Shown: piece after piece, positions 29,545 through 32,000 of the stretch
Layout of the letters: every line of letters begins with the position of its first letter
Position numbering within the stretch: position 1 is the first letter of the stretch
Assembly (NCBI RefSeq): GCF_003367075.2
Contig: NZ_CP065936.1
Location: forward strand, 1,860,001 to 1,892,000
Source: Cylindrospermopsis raciborskii Cr2010
GTDB taxonomy: Bacteria > Cyanobacteriota > Cyanobacteriia > Cyanobacteriales > Nostocaceae
Direction: 5' to 3'
Length of the DNA stretch: 32,000 bases
The notes under the pieces: model-generated
What the model was told of the DNA's origin: nothing
Seen by the model: only the letters and a program-made list of their open reading frames with translations
Database searches by the model: none
Position numbers and translations under genes: made by a program

Positions 29545-30922
29545 CCCCCCAAACAATTTCTTCCTGAATGCGATTCATCTCTTCAATTGTTTTATCGAAG
29601 CTAGAAGCTTCAATTCCCATTTTGGCATCTATGGGAGCAGGAACTAGTGTTTGGCAATAAGTCTTTTTCTTTAAGCTGTCTAGCTTAATCAATTCCTCTT
29701 TTGCAATAAAAACGCTAACCTTATCAGCTTTGAGCAACTCTTCTTTGCGGTATCCTTCACGCTCTGCTATTTCACTTAGCCTTTTTCCTCCCTGATTTAA
29801 CATAATGAGAGTGTTAAGCTCTTTAATAATATAATCACTGTGAGTAGTTATAAATACTTTTACTCCAACATTTACCAACCTCGAAAACAAACGAGCTACG
29901 CGTCTCTGGTTCTCCGGGTGCAAATTAAGCTCAGGTTCATCAACCATGAGTAAGTCGCCAGGAGCAGCAACATGTCGCAGATAAAATCCTATATCCAGTA
30001 GTGAACGAACAGCGCTTGAACTTTCATCCATGGTCAATTTTACGCGTTTTCCTTTAGGGCTATAGTATAATTCATCATTCTTCGTGACAAGATACTCACC
30101 ACCAATAATGTCTGAGAAGTCATTTGTAATCTCTGGATGATTCTTTGCTATGAAGCTATCTTTTTTTGAAAGCTCTTCTAACTGTCTTGTGAAATCAACG
30201 TTTGACTTAATGGGTAGGGCATAATCCGCATATACTTTGGAAAGTAATTCAAGTGGATTTATTTCCTTTTCCATTGAGCTCATTTCCTCCAGGAGACGGT
30301 TTCGGGCAAAATTAAGCTCTCTTCTGAATATTGCCACACCAGTTCGTTCGGCGCTGGCAATAAAAAGACGGGGGAAAAGGTCCCCAAAAATAATGTCTTT
30401 TAGAGCATCTCCGATAATTCGACTAATTATTTCTTGAGGTATCCTTACCTGCTCTTTCTCAACGAGCAAAGAAATTGAAACTAGGGAAGAGTCGGCTTTT
30501 TTCGATATGAAGAATAGCTGGGTTTTAGCTGCACCCATAGTCCGTTCGAAGGTTGAAAGAGGGTGTATATCACTAGAATCCAGGTTTACCAAAAACTGAC
30601 TCCCGGCAAAATGTTTTTCGGAGGAAGCGAAGAAGTGAGGTAATTGTTGTGTAAATGCCTTACAACCTTTCTCAAGGATATTTGGTGCATTGCGGATGTA
30701 TTCTTCAATATTTAACTCAATTAAACCTTCATTTAACAATTGCCACACATCTCCGTCGGAAATATCTATGGAGAAAGCATCACGCCAAAATGAGATAAAG
30801 CCAAACAATGCATAGGTGGCATAGGTTTTACCGGTATTGTTCCCACCACATATAATAGTTAGTTCGTTAAGTGTAAACTCTGCCTGCTTGATAGGTCCGA
30901 GATTCTTTATGGAAATTTTCAT
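29534..30922 (-). CDS. ABC/SMC-like (AAA_15/AAA_21-type) ATPase, 462 aa
   Basis: ATG at 30922. Walker A GGNNTGKT, a signature-like SSSAVRSLLDIGFYL, Walker B plus D-loop LLMVDEPELNLHP and an H-loop TTHS are present. The motif order matches the 230-1312 ATPase, with a longer insert between Walker A and the signature. Confidence 0.88.
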   Translation of the reverse strand: MKISIKNLGPIKQAEFTLNELTIICGGNNTGKTYATYALFGFISFWRDAFSIDISDGDVWQLLNEGLIELNIEEYIRNAPNILEKGCKAFTQQLPHFFASSEKHFAGSQFLVNLDSSDIHPLSTFERTMGAAKTQLFFISKKADSSLVSISLLVEKEQVRIPQEIISRIIGDALKDIIFGDLFPRLFIASAERTGVAIFRRELNFARNRLLEEMSSMEKEINPLELLSKVYADYALPIKSNVDFTRQLEELSKKDSFIAKNHPEITNDFSDIIGGEYLVTKNDELYYSPKGKRVKLTMDESSSAVRSLLDIGFYLRHVAAPGDLLMVDEPELNLHPENQRRVARLFSRLVNVGVKVFITTHSDYIIKELNTLIMLNQGGKRLSEIAEREGYRKEELLKADKVSVFIAKEELIKLDSLKKKTYCQTLVPAPIDAKMGIEASSFDKTIEEMNRIQEEIVWGDDE

Positions 30923-31368
30923 TCGCTTTTACATTTAGCTGATTTAAATATATAGCCTTGGCCAGAACCACCTTGCAAATAGGTACGAGTAGTTGATTTT
31001 TTAAGAGAGATAACATACACCTATCTTAATGTAACAGATATCAAGTTATATGTCAACTCCGTCAACTCATCTTGTCTTGGGAGGATATGTTTAGGTAGAG
31101 CTTAGTTATAGGATGAGATTAAACAAATATACACTTTGAAATAGCCCTAAAAATTATGACTTGAGTTATAAAAATATAGATAGGAATGAGTAGCAACAGT
31201 TTGTGTTAGCTAGTATTTAATCTTAGTATAATAAATACTAATACTTTACCTATATTTTGAATCCCAAAATTTTCTACCCCAGCCTATTGACTTTTATTCT
31301 CAAAAGTTCTACATTAACTTTTGGGATTAGTTGAAACTAATTCGCAAAAATACTGAGAATTATTACTA

Positions 31369-32000
31369 ATGAACCTTAACCAATTCCTGAAAAGAAAGTT
31401 CTTGATTGCCGGTACATTGGCAACACTGACAAGTTTATTTGTCAGCAATGTAGTCAAAACCCAACCCACGGTGGCTAACTCCAATCCTCCCCCAGTAGCA
31501 CCACTGTTACTTACAAAAAATCTCAAAAATTTGACCATAGTCTTTCCTAGTCGAAAGGATGCTCCTAACCTGCAAGAACAAGTGGGGAAAGTAGCTAACT
31601 TCTTGTCCCGGGAGTTAGGAATACCCGTAAAGGCACAAATTAGCGATGATACTGCTGCTGTAGAAGCCCTAAGAGCTAATAGAGCCGATGTGGCTTTTTT
31701 AAGCAGTCGTCCAGCCTTAAAAGCGGAGGGACTAGCAAATTCTCGTTTATATCTAGCAGAGGTGAGATCTAACTACTCCGGTAGATACACTTATAATTCC
31801 ATATTTGTAGTTGCCAAAAACAGTCCTCTAACTCCTAAAGCTTCTACTAAAGCGACGCTGGAACAGCTCAGAGGCAAAAAAATTGCCTTTACCTCCCCCA
31901 CCTCTGGATCAGGGTTTATTTTCCCAGTTAGTGAGTTGGTGAAGAACGGATTTGTCCCCGACAAAGATCGGATGGAAGGTTTCTTCGGTCAAATTACTTA
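31369..32000 (+). CDS. PhnD-like phosphate/phosphonate ABC transporter substrate-binding protein (5' part, runs off the window)
   Basis: Not in the ORF track because it is open at the window end. ATG at 31369. Translation: MNLNQFLKRKFLIAGTLATLTSLF (signal)...LTIVFPSRKDAP...AAVEALRANRADVAFLSS...LRGKKIAFTSPTSGSGFIFP, which is the PhnD family pattern. Confidence 0.8.
   Translation, partial: MNLNQFLKRKFLIAGTLATLTSLFVSNVVKTQPTVANSNPPPVAPLLLTKNLKNLTIVFPSRKDAPNLQEQVGKVANFLSRELGIPVKAQISDDTAAVEALRANRADVAFLSSRPALKAEGLANSRLYLAEVRSNYSGRYTYNSIFVVAKNSPLTPKASTKATLEQLRGKKIAFTSPTSGSGFIFPVSELVKNGFVPDKDRMEGFFGQIT

Noticed and set aside
27159-30922. The 462-aa ATPase as the missing SbcC partner of sbcD
   Set aside because: SbcC/Rad50 proteins are about 1000 aa with a long coiled coil and a zinc hook. 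This protein is far too short, is separated from sbcD by cysH, and has its own overlapping small partner.
31044-31170. AGTTATA heptamer occurring three times at exactly 60-bp spacing (31044, 31104, 31164) in the spacer upstream of the second ATPase
   Set aside because: I noticed it only because the copies line up in the 60-column print layout. The flanking sequence of the three units shows no further similarity, and a 7-mer this AT-rich is expected by chance in AT-rich DNA. It could be revisited if a regulator footprint is found.
31314-31538. 74-aa minus-strand ORF
   Set aside because: It is antisense to the PhnD-like gene starting at 31369, which has a signal peptide and clear family similarity.

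Overview
The window is a cyanobacterial chromosome segment. Evidence: at least 21 HIP1 palindromes (GCGATCGC) counted by eye, chlL/chlN, psb30/ycf12 and a LabA-like NYN gene. A Nostocales origin is only my inference from gene content and apparent low GC. The middle (about 7.0-29.2 kb) is ordinary housekeeping: pmbA-like, ClC channel, chlL-orf-chlN, ilvH, pepA, hydrolase, metG, NYN/LabA, LptC-like, a split UPF0016 pair, ykgJ-like, psb30, recJ, sbcD, cysH. There are two accessory patches. (1) At 1-6.7 kb on the minus strand sits a partial BREX locus, brxB-brxC with no brxA. Downstream of brxC come a DUF433/PIN-like toxin-antitoxin-type pair, an IS200/IS605 tnpA remnant, a fragment of an ATPase paralog, and an intact ABC-type ATPase. 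That ATPase is translationally coupled (ATGA) to a small gene with a PD-(D/E)xK-like motif that runs off the window. (2) At 29.2-30.9 kb on the minus strand, between cysH and a phnD-like gene, lies a second ATPase of the same superfamily. Its small overlapping partner shares a modest gap-free motif with the first partner but stops just before the expected catalytic ExK. I read these two ATPase + small-partner cassettes as the best candidate for an uncharacterised two-gene defence module; its architecture resembles Septu/PARIS but no HNH or Toprim effector is visible. Also present are a 304-bp MITE-like element with 50-bp terminal inverted repeats (11345-11648), an unlisted psb30 ORF, and a structured recJ-sbcD spacer. 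I saw no CRISPR array, tRNA or rRNA. All family assignments come from motif recognition by eye; no database search was run.
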